DNA from: a bacterium
Lineage (GTDB): Bacteria > Patescibacteriota > Minisyncoccia > JAHIHE01
Assembly (NCBI GenBank): GCA_030693205.1
Contig: JAUYBG010000006.1
Coordinates: 4,015 to 68,014 of the forward strand
Length of the DNA stretch: 64,000 nucleotides
Reading direction: 5' to 3'
Under the pieces are notes generated by a model. The model had not been told where the DNA came from. It made no database searches and worked only from the letters and a program-made list of their open reading frames with translations. The position numbers were made by a program, and so were the translations under genes. Shown piece after piece: positions 29,119-38,306 of this stretch (position 1 is the stretch's first letter; each line of letters opens with the position of its first letter).

Positions 29119-29519
29119 ACGAAATTAACATCGCCATCTTCCTGCAATTCCGCCAAAACTCCTTCCGGTATCGGAACCGCCTCTCGCAGTTTGGAAATTC
29201 CCGGATAACGCCAAGCGGTAATTACGACTCGCCTTTCATTGCTAACTCCATCTTGAGTTATTTTTTTATCCTGATACATCACCCAAATCTCCTGCGGATT
29301 TTTCTTGGAACCGGATTTTTTCATCACGGCAACAGTATCCGGCGCGATACCCTGTTCTTCGCGATCATGGCGCGACAAAACACTCTTTACTTTTGCGGCG
29401 GACAAGCCATAAAACATCATTTTTCTCGCAATATGACGCGTCCAAGCCAGATAGCGAGTGTTTTTAGGCATTTTAAACCCCCACACTTTTGTGTTTGCCG
29501 CGTTTATTTTATTCGCCAT
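29115..29519 (-). CDS. Hypothetical protein, DUF4258-like; its 3' end is the island insertion point
   Basis: WT.H...KM..YGLS...V..VL, EIWVMY, VITAWRYPG. Confidence 0.7.
   Translation of the reverse strand: MANKINAANTKVWGFKMPKNTRYLAWTRHIARKMMFYGLSAAKVKSVLSRHDREEQGIAPDTVAVMKKSGSKKNPQEIWVMYQDKKITQDGVSNERRVVITAWRYPGISKLREAVPIPEGVLAELQEDGDVNFV
29145..29169. repeat. 25-bp direct repeat, right island boundary
   Basis: Identical to 19348-19372. Confidence 0.9.
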
Positions 29520-29590
29520 AATATTTCAAACTTAATCCCTTATTTTCTCCGACACTTTGTACGATAAGTGTGGGGGTAAATTGCATGAAA

Positions 29591-30688
29591 TTATTCTATC
29601 AATATTTTTAACGTCTCCCTCGCGCATTTTTCCCAAGAAAATCTTTTGGTATTTTCGTAGCCGGCTTGAATAAGATCCTGACGCAATGCTTCGTCGCTTA
29701 GCACTTTTTCCAGAGCCATCGTAATTTCCCTAGAATTTTTCGGATCGACAAAAACCGCGCCCGCGCCCGCAACTTCCGGCAAGCAAGAAGTATTAGATGT
29801 GATAACCGGAACTCCAGCCGCTTGCGCTTCCAGCACCGGCAAACCAAATCCTTCATAAAACGACGGGAAAAGAAAAACCGAGGAATTTTTCAACAAATCA
29901 TTCTTTTCGCTTTCCGTCACATATCCTTTCAAAACAATATCCTTTTTAAATGCTGAGGCGTTTATTGCGCTGGCGATTTTTTCGAAACCAAAACCCGTCC
30001 CGCCGACCAAAATCAGTTTATTTGAAAATTGCAAATTTTTTTGCCTAAATTTATTATACGCTTCGATAATTCCCAAAATATTTTTCTTCATTTCGATCCG
30101 CCCGATATATACAATAGAACCCCTTTTATTATTTTCTGGATCTTGACTCATAATTTTTGGCTCCTGCCCTATCCCATGATAAACTACACTAATTTTTTGT
30201 ACATTTCCGCCATATAATTTCATTAGATCTTTCTTAGTATTCTCTGAAACCGCAATAATTCTCGCGGCAGTTTTGAGTGCGTATTTCGTTGACCATCGCA
30301 AATACAGACGATGCCAAAAAGGATAAAGCTCCGGAAAATATTCATATTCCAGCCCGTGAAGCGCGACAACTGATCTTTTCGGATGGATCAGGGGCAAAAT
30401 ATGCACCGGGATAAACAAAACATCAATCTTGGAATTCAACATCTCCCAGGCCAGTCTTATTTGCGTCCAGCCAAAAGGAAAAGACAAAAATTTAAGCTCA
30501 AAATTTTCCGGCAACGTTTGCAGTTCTTTTAAACGCCCGGACCTAAGCCGCGGATTCAGATATAAAATAAAGCGATGAGCCCGAGATTCCGGGATCACCG
30601 CCAAATGTTTAATAAGTTGAAAAACATATTCTTCCACTCCGGTGGGATTTTCTTTTAAAGCCGCGGAAGTATTAATGCCGATGATCAT
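29591..30688 (-). CDS. GT4 family glycosyltransferase
   Basis: TGVEEY, IIAVSENTK, FPSFYEGFGLPVLEA, FSWEKCA. Confidence 0.92.
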   Translation of the reverse strand: MIIGINTSAALKENPTGVEEYVFQLIKHLAVIPESRAHRFILYLNPRLRSGRLKELQTLPENFELKFLSFPFGWTQIRLAWEMLNSKIDVLFIPVHILPLIHPKRSVVALHGLEYEYFPELYPFWHRLYLRWSTKYALKTAARIIAVSENTKKDLMKLYGGNVQKISVVYHGIGQEPKIMSQDPENNKRGSIVYIGRIEMKKNILGIIEAYNKFRQKNLQFSNKLILVGGTGFGFEKIASAINASAFKKDIVLKGYVTESEKNDLLKNSSVFLFPSFYEGFGLPVLEAQAAGVPVITSNTSCLPEVAGAGAVFVDPKNSREITMALEKVLSDEALRQDLIQAGYENTKRFSWEKCARETLKILIE

Positions 30689-30691
30689 AAT

Positions 30692-31693
30692 TTACGATTT
30701 TATACTCCGTTTATAGGCATCCAGATTATCAAGCGCCACCCCTGTTCCTTTTGCCACGCAAAGCAACGGCTCTTCCGCGACACAGCAAGATACGCCCGTA
30801 ACGGTAGAAATTAAAATATCCAAGTTTTTCAACAATGCCCCGCCTCCCGACAATACCATGCCTTTGTCTATTATATCCGCCGCCAGTTCCGGAGGAGTAT
30901 CGGAAAGAACCAGTTTTATAACCTTGATGATCTCTCTTAATTCGTCGGAAATTGCTTCGGTTACTTCATTGGAATTAATTGCAATTGTTTTCGGAAGACC
31001 GCTGATCAGATCTCTTCCCTTAACTTCAAACTCGATGGGTTCTTTAACAGGAATGGCACTGCCGATCGTTATTTTAATTTCTTCGGCCGTTTGTTCGCCA
31101 ATCGCCAAATTATGTTTTTTCTTGACATAATCAGCAATAGACTGATCCAGTTTGTCTCCGCCGATTCTTACTGACGATGACGAAACAATGCCTCCCAGCG
31201 ATATCACGGCTACCTGGCTTGTGCCCCCGCCAATATCAATGATCATATTGCCGGAAGGAGTATTAATCGGTATTCCCGCGCCAATGGCCGCCAAAATCGG
31301 CTGTTTGACGATATAAGCGGCTTTTGCGCCCGCATTCATCGCCGCATCGATAACCGCGCGCCTTTCGGTGGAAGTAATTCCTGCCGGCACTCCCACCATT
31401 ACTTCCGGACGAAAAAACTGAATACGGCCGCAAGTCTTATTGATAAAATATCGGAGCATAGCTTCAATAATCCGATAATCAGCTATAACGCCATCTTTCA
31501 TGGGACGCGAAGCGATTATGGTTTCTGGGGTCTTTCCCAACATTTCCTTTGCTTTGCTTCCAACCGCCAAGATCTTATTATCATCTAAAGAAACCGCCAC
31601 TACTGTCGGTTCGTTTATCACAATGCCTTTTCTGGGAACAAAAACCAAAGTATTGGCCGTACCCAGATCAATGCCAATTTTTTTAATAAACAT
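30692..31693 (-). CDS. mreB: Second MreB/Mbl paralog (likely start ATG at 31693)
   Basis: MFIKKIGIDLGTANTLV, RPMKDGVIAD, DIGGGT, SGGGALL. Confidence 0.92.
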   Translation of the reverse strand: MFIKKIGIDLGTANTLVFVPRKGIVINEPTVVAVSLDDNKILAVGSKAKEMLGKTPETIIASRPMKDGVIADYRIIEAMLRYFINKTCGRIQFFRPEVMVGVPAGITSTERRAVIDAAMNAGAKAAYIVKQPILAAIGAGIPINTPSGNMIIDIGGGTSQVAVISLGGIVSSSSVRIGGDKLDQSIADYVKKKHNLAIGEQTAEEIKITIGSAIPVKEPIEFEVKGRDLISGLPKTIAINSNEVTEAISDELREIIKVIKLVLSDTPPELAADIIDKGMVLSGGGALLKNLDILISTVTGVSCCVAEEPLLCVAKGTGVALDNLDAYKRSIKS

Positions 31694-31825
31694 AAATTTA
31701 CTTACAAAAACTTTCTTACTTTCTTTTAAAATCATAGCAGTAATCAAAAAGCAAGTCAACCTTAAAAGACTTTCAAAATAACTGAAATATGTTATAATGG
31801 CATAAACTGAACTCATTTAAAGTTT

Positions 31826-31902
31826 TGTCATGCTGAACTTGTTTCAGCATCTAAGGTAAGCTAAAAATTAGTAATAGATTCCGAAACAAGTTCGGGATGA
31901 CA
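31826..31902. repeat. TGTCAT...ATGACA palindromic element
   Basis: tgtcatgctgaacttgtttcagcatct-spacer-agattccgaaacaagttcgggatgaca; each arm is itself a hairpin. Confidence 0.85.
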
Positions 31903-32024
31903 CAAATGGCATATTTTGGCTTAAAATAATATTTATTGGGAAAAACTTAAAATAACTTAACTCATACTAACTAATATTGCCTGCCAGTATTTAAATAACC
32001 GCCAGTATGCTAAAATAATTTTCT

Positions 32025-33434
32025 ATGAAACTGATAACCAGAAGAATTCTTTTTTGTTTTTGCATTATTTTGTTCTTGATCAGCTCGCCGCTGGTTATCC
32101 TATACGCGTTTGGATTCCGCTATGACTTCGCGGAAAAAAAACTGATGCAAACGGGCATAATCTACTTAACACCCAATATTCAGGATAATATAAAGATCTT
32201 GATCAACGACAAAAAAGAGTCGGGCAAAATAAATATCAAAGGTATTTTTAAAAAAGACTTTGTGCTCTATAATTTGATGCCAAAAACCTACAACATCAAG
32301 ATCGACAAGGAAAATTACCATCGTTGGGAAAAAAATCTTGTCGTTTCGCCGGGACTTATTACCTACGCTCAGCCTTTATTATTGCCGTCCGATCCTAAAA
32401 ATAATTTGATATTCAGCGACACTGATATTGCTCTCTGGTCAATTTCCGACAAGTTTAAAAAAATATTTTATCTAAAAAGCAACGATGAAAAAACATCCGC
32501 CAATATCTATGATTTTTCAAAAAAAACATTGAGCACCTTTCCCGTTGACGCGCTTGGCGATCAATCAAAAAAATCAAGCATTGTTTCCGAAGGCTCAAGG
32601 ATCTTTTTTGCCCCTGACGGAAAAAAATTCGGCTTTATTCTGCCGGAAGAGAACAACAGAATTGTTCTATTGAATTCCGCTGAAAAAAGCATCTTGTCAA
32701 TTGCAGATTTTATTTCAAATAATAAAATCTTGGATGAGCGCTGGGATGATTCCAGCCGTTATTTCCTTTATTTAAACGATAAAGAAGAGCTTAATTTATA
32801 CGATACGACAAACGGAAAACCGAAAAAAATTCTCGAAAATATACTGGGCTTTGCCCTGAAAAACGAAAATATTTATTATCTGGATCGGAATAATCTTTTC
32901 TTTTACCGATCCTCGATCAATAATCCGCTTGAAAAACAACAGCTCTCTTACGTCCCTATGTCCATTGCTCAAAAAGCCCAAAGAATGGAAATATTGATCT
33001 CCGCTAAAAATACTTTGGCTGTAATTACCCCGGAAAAAAATCTTTTTATCGTTGATAAAAACGGCACCCCTCTCAATATTGGAAACGATATAGAAGCGGC
33101 TATATTTTCCAAAGACGGCGAAAATCTCGTTTTTAATTCCTCCAATGAAATTTTTACCTATACGCTAGGCGGCGGCCAAAAAAATCTTGTCACCCGCTTA
33201 TCTCAAAAGATCTCTAATGTCAGCTGGTATAGCGATTACGCTCATATTTGGTATTTGGCAAATCAAATTATAAAGAATATCGAACTGGACTCGCGGCCTA
33301 CTCCGAACATTATTGATTTTATCAATATTCCCAAAAACCCTGCCAATATCATCTATACTGATTCAAATAACATTTACTACGACCAGCTGGAAAATAACGC
33401 TTTATCGATTTATCAGGTTGAAATACAAAAATAA
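32025..33434 (+). CDS. Membrane-anchored PEGA-like + beta-propeller protein
   Basis: N-terminal TM, YAFGFRYD...TGII, L.P..Y.I.I.K..Y..WEK, then TolB/WD-like strands. Confidence 0.7.
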   Translation: MKLITRRILFCFCIILFLISSPLVILYAFGFRYDFAEKKLMQTGIIYLTPNIQDNIKILINDKKESGKINIKGIFKKDFVLYNLMPKTYNIKIDKENYHRWEKNLVVSPGLITYAQPLLLPSDPKNNLIFSDTDIALWSISDKFKKIFYLKSNDEKTSANIYDFSKKTLSTFPVDALGDQSKKSSIVSEGSRIFFAPDGKKFGFILPEENNRIVLLNSAEKSILSIADFISNNKILDERWDDSSRYFLYLNDKEELNLYDTTNGKPKKILENILGFALKNENIYYLDRNNLFFYRSSINNPLEKQQLSYVPMSIAQKAQRMEILISAKNTLAVITPEKNLFIVDKNGTPLNIGNDIEAAIFSKDGENLVFNSSNEIFTYTLGGGQKNLVTRLSQKISNVSWYSDYAHIWYLANQIIKNIELDSRPTPNIIDFINIPKNPANIIYTDSNNIYYDQLENNALSIYQVEIQK

Positions 33435-33470
33435 AACCCCAGTCCAAGAAAACAAATAAACTTCAAACAT

Positions 33471-33500
33471 AAAAACACCCGCCATTTCGGCGAGTGTTTT
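33471..33500. terminator. Bidirectional intrinsic terminator
   Basis: aaaaacacccgcc-atttc-ggcgagtgtttt between convergent genes. Confidence 0.7.
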
Positions 33501-33522
33501 CGAACATACTGTAAAATAATCC

Positions 33523-34023
33523 TTAGCGTTTCTGCCACTGTGGTGCGCGACGGGCTTTCTTGAGACCCGGCTTCTTTCGCTCTTTCTTCCTGGCGTCCCT
33601 GGTCAAGTACCCGATTCGTTTTAGAGGTTTCTTAAAAATAGGATTCGCCTCAATAAGCGCCCGGGAAATGCCAAGCCGAATCGCTCCGGCCGAGGAAGGC
33701 ACTCCGCCGCCGCTGACAATACAACTGATCTTAAACCTGTTCTGCAAATGCAATAAATTGACCGGCGAGACAACAACTTCCTGCAATTTTTTTAAAGGAA
33801 AATATTTTTTGTATTCCATGCCGTTTATGGTCATCTCGAGCGTTGTCTCTTCGCTTTTTCTTTGCGGATACAGCCTCACCTGCGCGGTAGAAGTTTTTCT
33901 TCGGCCTATGCCTAAAAAATACTTTTCGCTCTTTTTGGCAATATCCGGCACTTCTGCTTTTTCCATCAAAGGTTTTTCTTTAATAACTTCTTTTTTTATA
34001 TGTTTTTTAATAGCTGTTTTCAT
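33523..34023 (-). CDS. rpsI: 30S ribosomal protein S9 (N-terminal extension)
   Basis: GRRKTSTA, LTRDARKKERKKPGLKKARRAPQWQKR. Confidence 0.97.
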   Translation of the reverse strand: MKTAIKKHIKKEVIKEKPLMEKAEVPDIAKKSEKYFLGIGRRKTSTAQVRLYPQRKSEETTLEMTINGMEYKKYFPLKKLQEVVVSPVNLLHLQNRFKISCIVSGGGVPSSAGAIRLGISRALIEANPIFKKPLKRIGYLTRDARKKERKKPGLKKARRAPQWQKR

Positions 34024-34051
34024 TACGAGTAATATTAATATTTATATGAAT

Positions 34052-34519
34052 TTACTTTTTAATTTTATCGCCATAGGGATGCTTATCGCCTTTAAACATC
34101 TTCAGTCTTAATATTTTCTTATCCCGAAGCTTATTTTTTGCGATCATGCCCCACAACGCCGCTTTTAAAACCAATCCGGAATCTTTTTTAAATAAAGTTT
34201 TATATTTGGTTTCGCTTAATCCGCCCGGAAATCCTGAAAAATGAAAATAGTTCTTCTGATCAGCCTTAGCGCCGCTTACTTTCAAGCCATCAGTATTGAT
34301 TACAACCGCGTAATCACCCGCGTCAATATGCGGAGTAAATGTAGGCTTATGCTTACCCATTAATACTTTTGCTATTTTTGTCGCGAACCTTCCGAGATAT
34401 TGATCTTTTGCGTCAAATAAATACCATTCTCTCGCAATGCCGTCTTGCTCGTCTTGCTTTTTTTGTCCGGGTTTTTGCTCATTATCGCCAGCTAGCCCTG
34501 TAGAATTTTTTTTAACCAT
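34052..34519 (-). CDS. rplM: 50S ribosomal protein L13
   Basis: WYLFDA...LGR.A..IA..LMGKHKPTFTPH.D.GD. Confidence 0.96.
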   Translation of the reverse strand: MVKKNSTGLAGDNEQKPGQKKQDEQDGIAREWYLFDAKDQYLGRFATKIAKVLMGKHKPTFTPHIDAGDYAVVINTDGLKVSGAKADQKNYFHFSGFPGGLSETKYKTLFKKDSGLVLKAALWGMIAKNKLRDKKILRLKMFKGDKHPYGDKIKK

Positions 34520-34563
34520 ATTTATTTATTATATATAAAAGGGAAATATTATTCCAATAAAAC

Positions 34564-34914
34564 TTATTTCAGCAATTCAACGACAACTAATTCCGCTTTG
34601 TCGTGCTGGCGTCTGCCGATCTTAGTCAAACGAGTATAGCCGCCGTTCCTTGAAGCGTAACGAGGCGCTATTTCGGAGATCAGTTTTTTTACGAATAAAG
34701 CGGGGATAAATCTTAAAAGATATCTTTCGGCGGCCAGATCTTTTTTCTTAGCGCGCGTTATCAATCTTTCGACATGAGGAGCAAGCGCTCTTCCTTTGGC
34801 TTTTGTCGTAATAATTTTTTCAGCATCAATCAATGAGCCTGTTAAACTTTTTAACAAAGCTTTTCTTTGAGATGCGGATCGATCCAGTTTTTTTACCTTA
34901 TTTAAATGTCTCAT
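34564..34914 (-). CDS. rplQ: 50S ribosomal protein L17
   Basis: MRH...KL.R...RKAL, RNGGYTR. Confidence 0.96.
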   Translation of the reverse strand: MRHLNKVKKLDRSASQRKALLKSLTGSLIDAEKIITTKAKGRALAPHVERLITRAKKKDLAAERYLLRFIPALFVKKLISEIAPRYASRNGGYTRLTKIGRRQHDKAELVVVELLK

Positions 34915-34926
34915 AGCTCGTTTTTA

Positions 34927-35913
34927 TTATTGTTTTAAGACTAAACCCAATTTACCCAGTTCTTTTTTAATTTCTTTCACGCTAACCGCGCCCATTTTTG
35001 GCATTTCCAGAAGACTCGCTTCGGATTTCTTCGAAATAGCGCCGGCTGTTTTTAATTTATTTTCTTTCAGCGCCGCTATTGTTCTGGCGGAAAAATTCAT
35101 ACTCTCAACTGATTTCAATAAAACTGATTCGTCTTTTTGCGGCTCTTTTGCGACTTCTTTAACTTTTTTCTTTTCTTTTTCGGGTACTACCGCGTCAGAA
35201 ACAACGTCTTCTTTCTTGGCAATCTTGCCGCTGATCAACCTTATCGCCTCAAATTGCTTAATTAAAATTTCCGCGGACTGACTGAGAGCGTCTTCCGGAT
35301 CAATGCTTCCGTCCGTCTCAATTTCAAATATTATCTTATTATAATCGGTTCTCTGTCCGACACGGGCGTTTTCCACTTCATAACCAACTTTTCGAACGGG
35401 AGAAAAAATCGCGTCAATAGCAATCACACCGGTTTCTTTCTTGCCTTTTGCTTGCTGTTCGATGGTTAAATATCCCAACCCTTTTTCAACCGTTAATTCA
35501 ATGTTTAATTCTGCATTTTTATTGGTAAGAGTGGCGATCGGAGCGTTTTTATTTATAACTTCGATCTGGCTATTGGGCTTAATATCGGAAGCAACTACAC
35601 TGCGCTCCCCTTTGGCGGAAATAGTGACTTTTACCGGTTCATCGCCAAATAATTTAAACCTCAATTGCTTTAAATTCAAAATGATTTCTACTATATCTTC
35701 CTTGACGTGAGGCAATGTCGAAAATTCATGCGAAACATTTCTGATCTTAGCCGATGTCACAGCCGCGCCTTGCAAGCTGGAAAGCATAACTCTCCGCAAA
35801 GCATTCGCCAGGGTAACTCCATATCCGGGATAAATATCGTCTATTTCAAAAATTCCCAAGTTTCCCTCTTTTTTAATTAATTTTGGCGGTTTTGGTAATG
35901 TAATAATATTCAT
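34927..35913 (-). CDS. rpoA: RNA polymerase subunit alpha
   Basis: GYGVTLANALRRVMLSS, IDAIFSPV, RVGQRTDY. Confidence 0.97.
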   Translation of the reverse strand: MNIITLPKPPKLIKKEGNLGIFEIDDIYPGYGVTLANALRRVMLSSLQGAAVTSAKIRNVSHEFSTLPHVKEDIVEIILNLKQLRFKLFGDEPVKVTISAKGERSVVASDIKPNSQIEVINKNAPIATLTNKNAELNIELTVEKGLGYLTIEQQAKGKKETGVIAIDAIFSPVRKVGYEVENARVGQRTDYNKIIFEIETDGSIDPEDALSQSAEILIKQFEAIRLISGKIAKKEDVVSDAVVPEKEKKKVKEVAKEPQKDESVLLKSVESMNFSARTIAALKENKLKTAGAISKKSEASLLEMPKMGAVSVKEIKKELGKLGLVLKQ

Positions 35914-35983
35914 TTTATTTTTTCCCCTCGCACTTTTCCGTTTAAAACGGAAAAGATCGGAGCGGTTAATAAATTAATAATAA

Positions 35984-36613
35984 TTATCGAGAATAAAACT
36001 CGATCACCGGCTTGATATCTGCAGAGAGCCCTGCTTCCAATAATGACGGCGCTGCCATTATCTTAACTTCCATTTTTTCAAGATTAAACGCCATCCAAGA
36101 AGGAGCCTTCTTCTGTTTCAAAGCCTCGGTAATATTTTTAAAATAATTCTTTTTCTTGCTTTTTTCCTGTATAGAAATTACATCTCCGATCTTTACCCGA
36201 TATGAAGGAATATTCACTTTTTTGCCGTTAACGTTAAAATGGTCGTGATTGACAAGCAAACGCGCTTCGCTTCTGGAAGAAGCCAAGCCTGAGCGATAAA
36301 CAATATTATCCAAACGAAACTCAAGCATATTAAGCAAGATTACCGCCGTATCGCCTTTTATGCCCACGGCTTCATTGAGATACTTGACAAATTGTCTTTC
36401 GAGCACTCCGTAAGTCTTTCGAACTTTTTGTTTTTCCCTTAGCTGAGAGCCGTATTCGGTCAACCTAACCCTGGCATTCTTTCCGAGATGTCCTGGCGGA
36501 TAAGCGCGCCTGGTTAAAGCGCATTTTACCGTATTGCAACGCTCGCCTTTTAGAAAAAGCTTATCGCCGACTCTCCGACATACCTTACATTTTGCTGAAT
36601 TATATACTGCCAT
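35984..36613 (-). CDS. rpsD: 30S ribosomal protein S4 (Zn type)
   Basis: CKVCRR..KLFLKGERC..KC, QLREKQK, LEFRLDN, IEFYSR. Confidence 0.97.
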   Translation of the reverse strand: MAVYNSAKCKVCRRVGDKLFLKGERCNTVKCALTRRAYPPGHLGKNARVRLTEYGSQLREKQKVRKTYGVLERQFVKYLNEAVGIKGDTAVILLNMLEFRLDNIVYRSGLASSRSEARLLVNHDHFNVNGKKVNIPSYRVKIGDVISIQEKSKKKNYFKNITEALKQKKAPSWMAFNLEKMEVKIMAAPSLLEAGLSADIKPVIEFYSR

Positions 36614-36620
36614 ATTTGCT

Positions 36621-36716
36621 ATGATTTATGAATTATGATTTAAGATTTATGAATATAATTTTCTCCGTTTCTTCCAACATTTTCTTCGTAAATCATAAAT
36701 CGTAAATCTTAAATCA
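36621..36716. repeat. 7-bp-period inverted-arm element, copy 3 (between rpsK and rpsD)
   Basis: 34-bp left arm identical to 12337-12370; right arm cgtaaatcataaatcgtaaatcttaaatca. Confidence 0.85.
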
Positions 36717-36778
36717 GTTTTCTTTTAAATAATATCTATCTTAACCCAATGTTAAATATTTAAATAATTATATTAAAC

Positions 36779-37237
36779 TTATATGCGCCGCGGTTTGGGC
36801 GGACGGCATCCGTTGTGCGGCACAGGAGTCACATCTTTGATGGCATTGATCGTCAAGCCTTGCTGCGCCAAAGATCTTATCGCTGAGTCTCTTCCTGAAC
36901 CGATCCCTTTTACGAACACATTCACTTCTTTTAATCCCAGCTTCTTCACTTTTTCAACAACATTTTTTACGATCAGTGAAGCGGCGTAAGGAGTGGATTT
37001 CTTAGTGCCTTTAAAACCAATTGATCCCGCGCTGGACCAAGCTAAAACTCTACCGGTATCATCAGCCAAAGTAACAATTGTATTATTATAGGTAGACTGA
37101 ATATAAGCCTGGCCTTTGACAACCATCTTTTTCAAATTTTTTGCCGCTCCGGAAGATTTTACCGCCGCAACTTTGTTCTTTACATCTTCACTTTCCTGAG
37201 CCGATACTCCAATTGTTAATACGCGTTTTTTTCCCAT
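36779..37237 (-). CDS. rpsK: 30S ribosomal protein S11
   Basis: STYNNTIVT, GFKGTKKSTPYAA, DVTPVPHNGCRP. Confidence 0.97.
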   Translation of the reverse strand: MGKKRVLTIGVSAQESEDVKNKVAAVKSSGAAKNLKKMVVKGQAYIQSTYNNTIVTLADDTGRVLAWSSAGSIGFKGTKKSTPYAASLIVKNVVEKVKKLGLKEVNVFVKGIGSGRDSAIRSLAQQGLTINAIKDVTPVPHNGCRPPKPRRI

Positions 37238-37263
37238 AGAATAAAATTAAATTTCTGTTTAGA

Positions 37264-37653
37264 TTATGTCTTGTTTAATCCCTTGATTCTGCCGCTACCC
37301 GCAGTTCGGCGGACATTTCCGCGAACCGTCCGGGAGTTGGTTTTTGTTCTTTGACCGCGAACCGGCAAGTGTTTGGCGTGCCGAATTCCTCTGTAAGCGC
37401 CAACATCTTTTAATCTCTTTATATTGAACATGATCGCCCGGCGCAACTCTCCTTCTACCTTATATTCTTTTTCAATGATCTGCCTCAAACGATTGAGCTC
37501 TTCCGGGCTTAACTCGCTGGTTCTTTTATCTTTATCGACATTTGCCTGCAATAAAATCTTACAAGATAAAACGTGGCCTATTCCATAGATATAGGGCAAA
37601 GCAAATTCAATTTTTTTATTATCGGGTATTGTTACCCCAGCAAGTCGTGCCAT
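37264..37653 (-). CDS. rpsM: 30S ribosomal protein S13
   Basis: MARLAGV, YRGIRH...LPVRGQRTKTN. Confidence 0.97.
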   Translation of the reverse strand: MARLAGVTIPDNKKIEFALPYIYGIGHVLSCKILLQANVDKDKRTSELSPEELNRLRQIIEKEYKVEGELRRAIMFNIKRLKDVGAYRGIRHAKHLPVRGQRTKTNSRTVRGNVRRTAGSGRIKGLNKT

Positions 37654-37734
37654 AATTTTTTATTTCTAAGTTTCAATATTAAATGAAAATTTTTGAATTT
37701 TTATATTAATCGCGCTTTTAAATCCGTGCTCGGC

Positions 37735-37848
37735 TTATCCTTGTCTTTGCTTATGTTTCGGGTTAGTACAGATTACAAAAAGCACTCCTTTGCGCTTGAC
37801 AAATTTGCATTTCTCGCACCTTTTTTTAATTGATGGGGTTACTTTCAT
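37735..37848 (-). CDS. rpmJ: 50S ribosomal protein L36 (absent from the ORF track)
   Basis: Manual translation: [37 protein letters not shown]. Confidence 0.97.
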   Translation of the reverse strand: MKVTPSIKKRCEKCKFVKRKGVLFVICTNPKHKQRQG

Positions 37849-37862
37849 ATGTCTAATATTAT

Positions 37863-38075
37863 TTAAAATCTTCTTGTGATCCGCCCTTTAGTTTTATCAA
37901 ACGGACTCATTTCCACTAAAACCTTGTCACCGGCTGAAATTCTTATCGAATGCATCCTCATTTTTCCTGATAAATAGCCAATAATCTCATCCCCGTTTTC
38001 AAGTTTTATTTTAAAAGTTGCGCTGGGCAAAGCCTCTAAAATAGTACCCTCGGTTTGAATAACTTTTTTTTCCAT
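37863..38075 (-). CDS. infA: Translation initiation factor IF-1
   Basis: [31 protein letters not shown]. Confidence 0.97.
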   Translation of the reverse strand: MEKKVIQTEGTILEALPSATFKIKLENGDEIIGYLSGKMRMHSIRISAGDKVLVEMSPFDKTKGRITRRF

Positions 38076-38236
38076 ATTTCAATAAGATCAATGTAAATAC
38101 TTTAAAAAGCGCAATATAAATAAAATAAAATAAAAGTATCCTACGCCTATTGCTTAGCGTTGGTACTTTATTAAATAAATGCGCTAATTATATTAATTGT
38201 TTCCAAGTAAATTAGCTATCTAATACCACTGTTCCA

Positions 38237-38265
38237 AGTATATATTATATAATATATAATGTCAA
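38237..38265 (-). promoter_or_regulatory. Near-consensus sigma70 promoter of the infA-alpha operon
   Basis: TTGACA-17 nt-TATACT, about 160 nt upstream of infA. Confidence 0.7.
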
Positions 38266-38306
38266 CTTTCTAAAAAATTATTCAAGATTACAACTTTTAT
38301 ATATTA

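Larger units (their letters stand above)
19348..29169. mobile_element. Defence/accessory island without integrase
   Basis: Bounded by the 25-bp direct repeat; cargo is AT-rich (RhuM, Fic, SF1 helicase-Vsr, R-M genes) and includes several truncated genes. Confidence 0.75.

Noticed and set aside
30692-31816. Second mreB as a novelty, and its 40-aa N-terminal extension
   Set aside because: Multiple mreB paralogs are common in CPR and Firmicutes. The extension is upstream open frame containing promoter-like DNA; the likely start is 31693.
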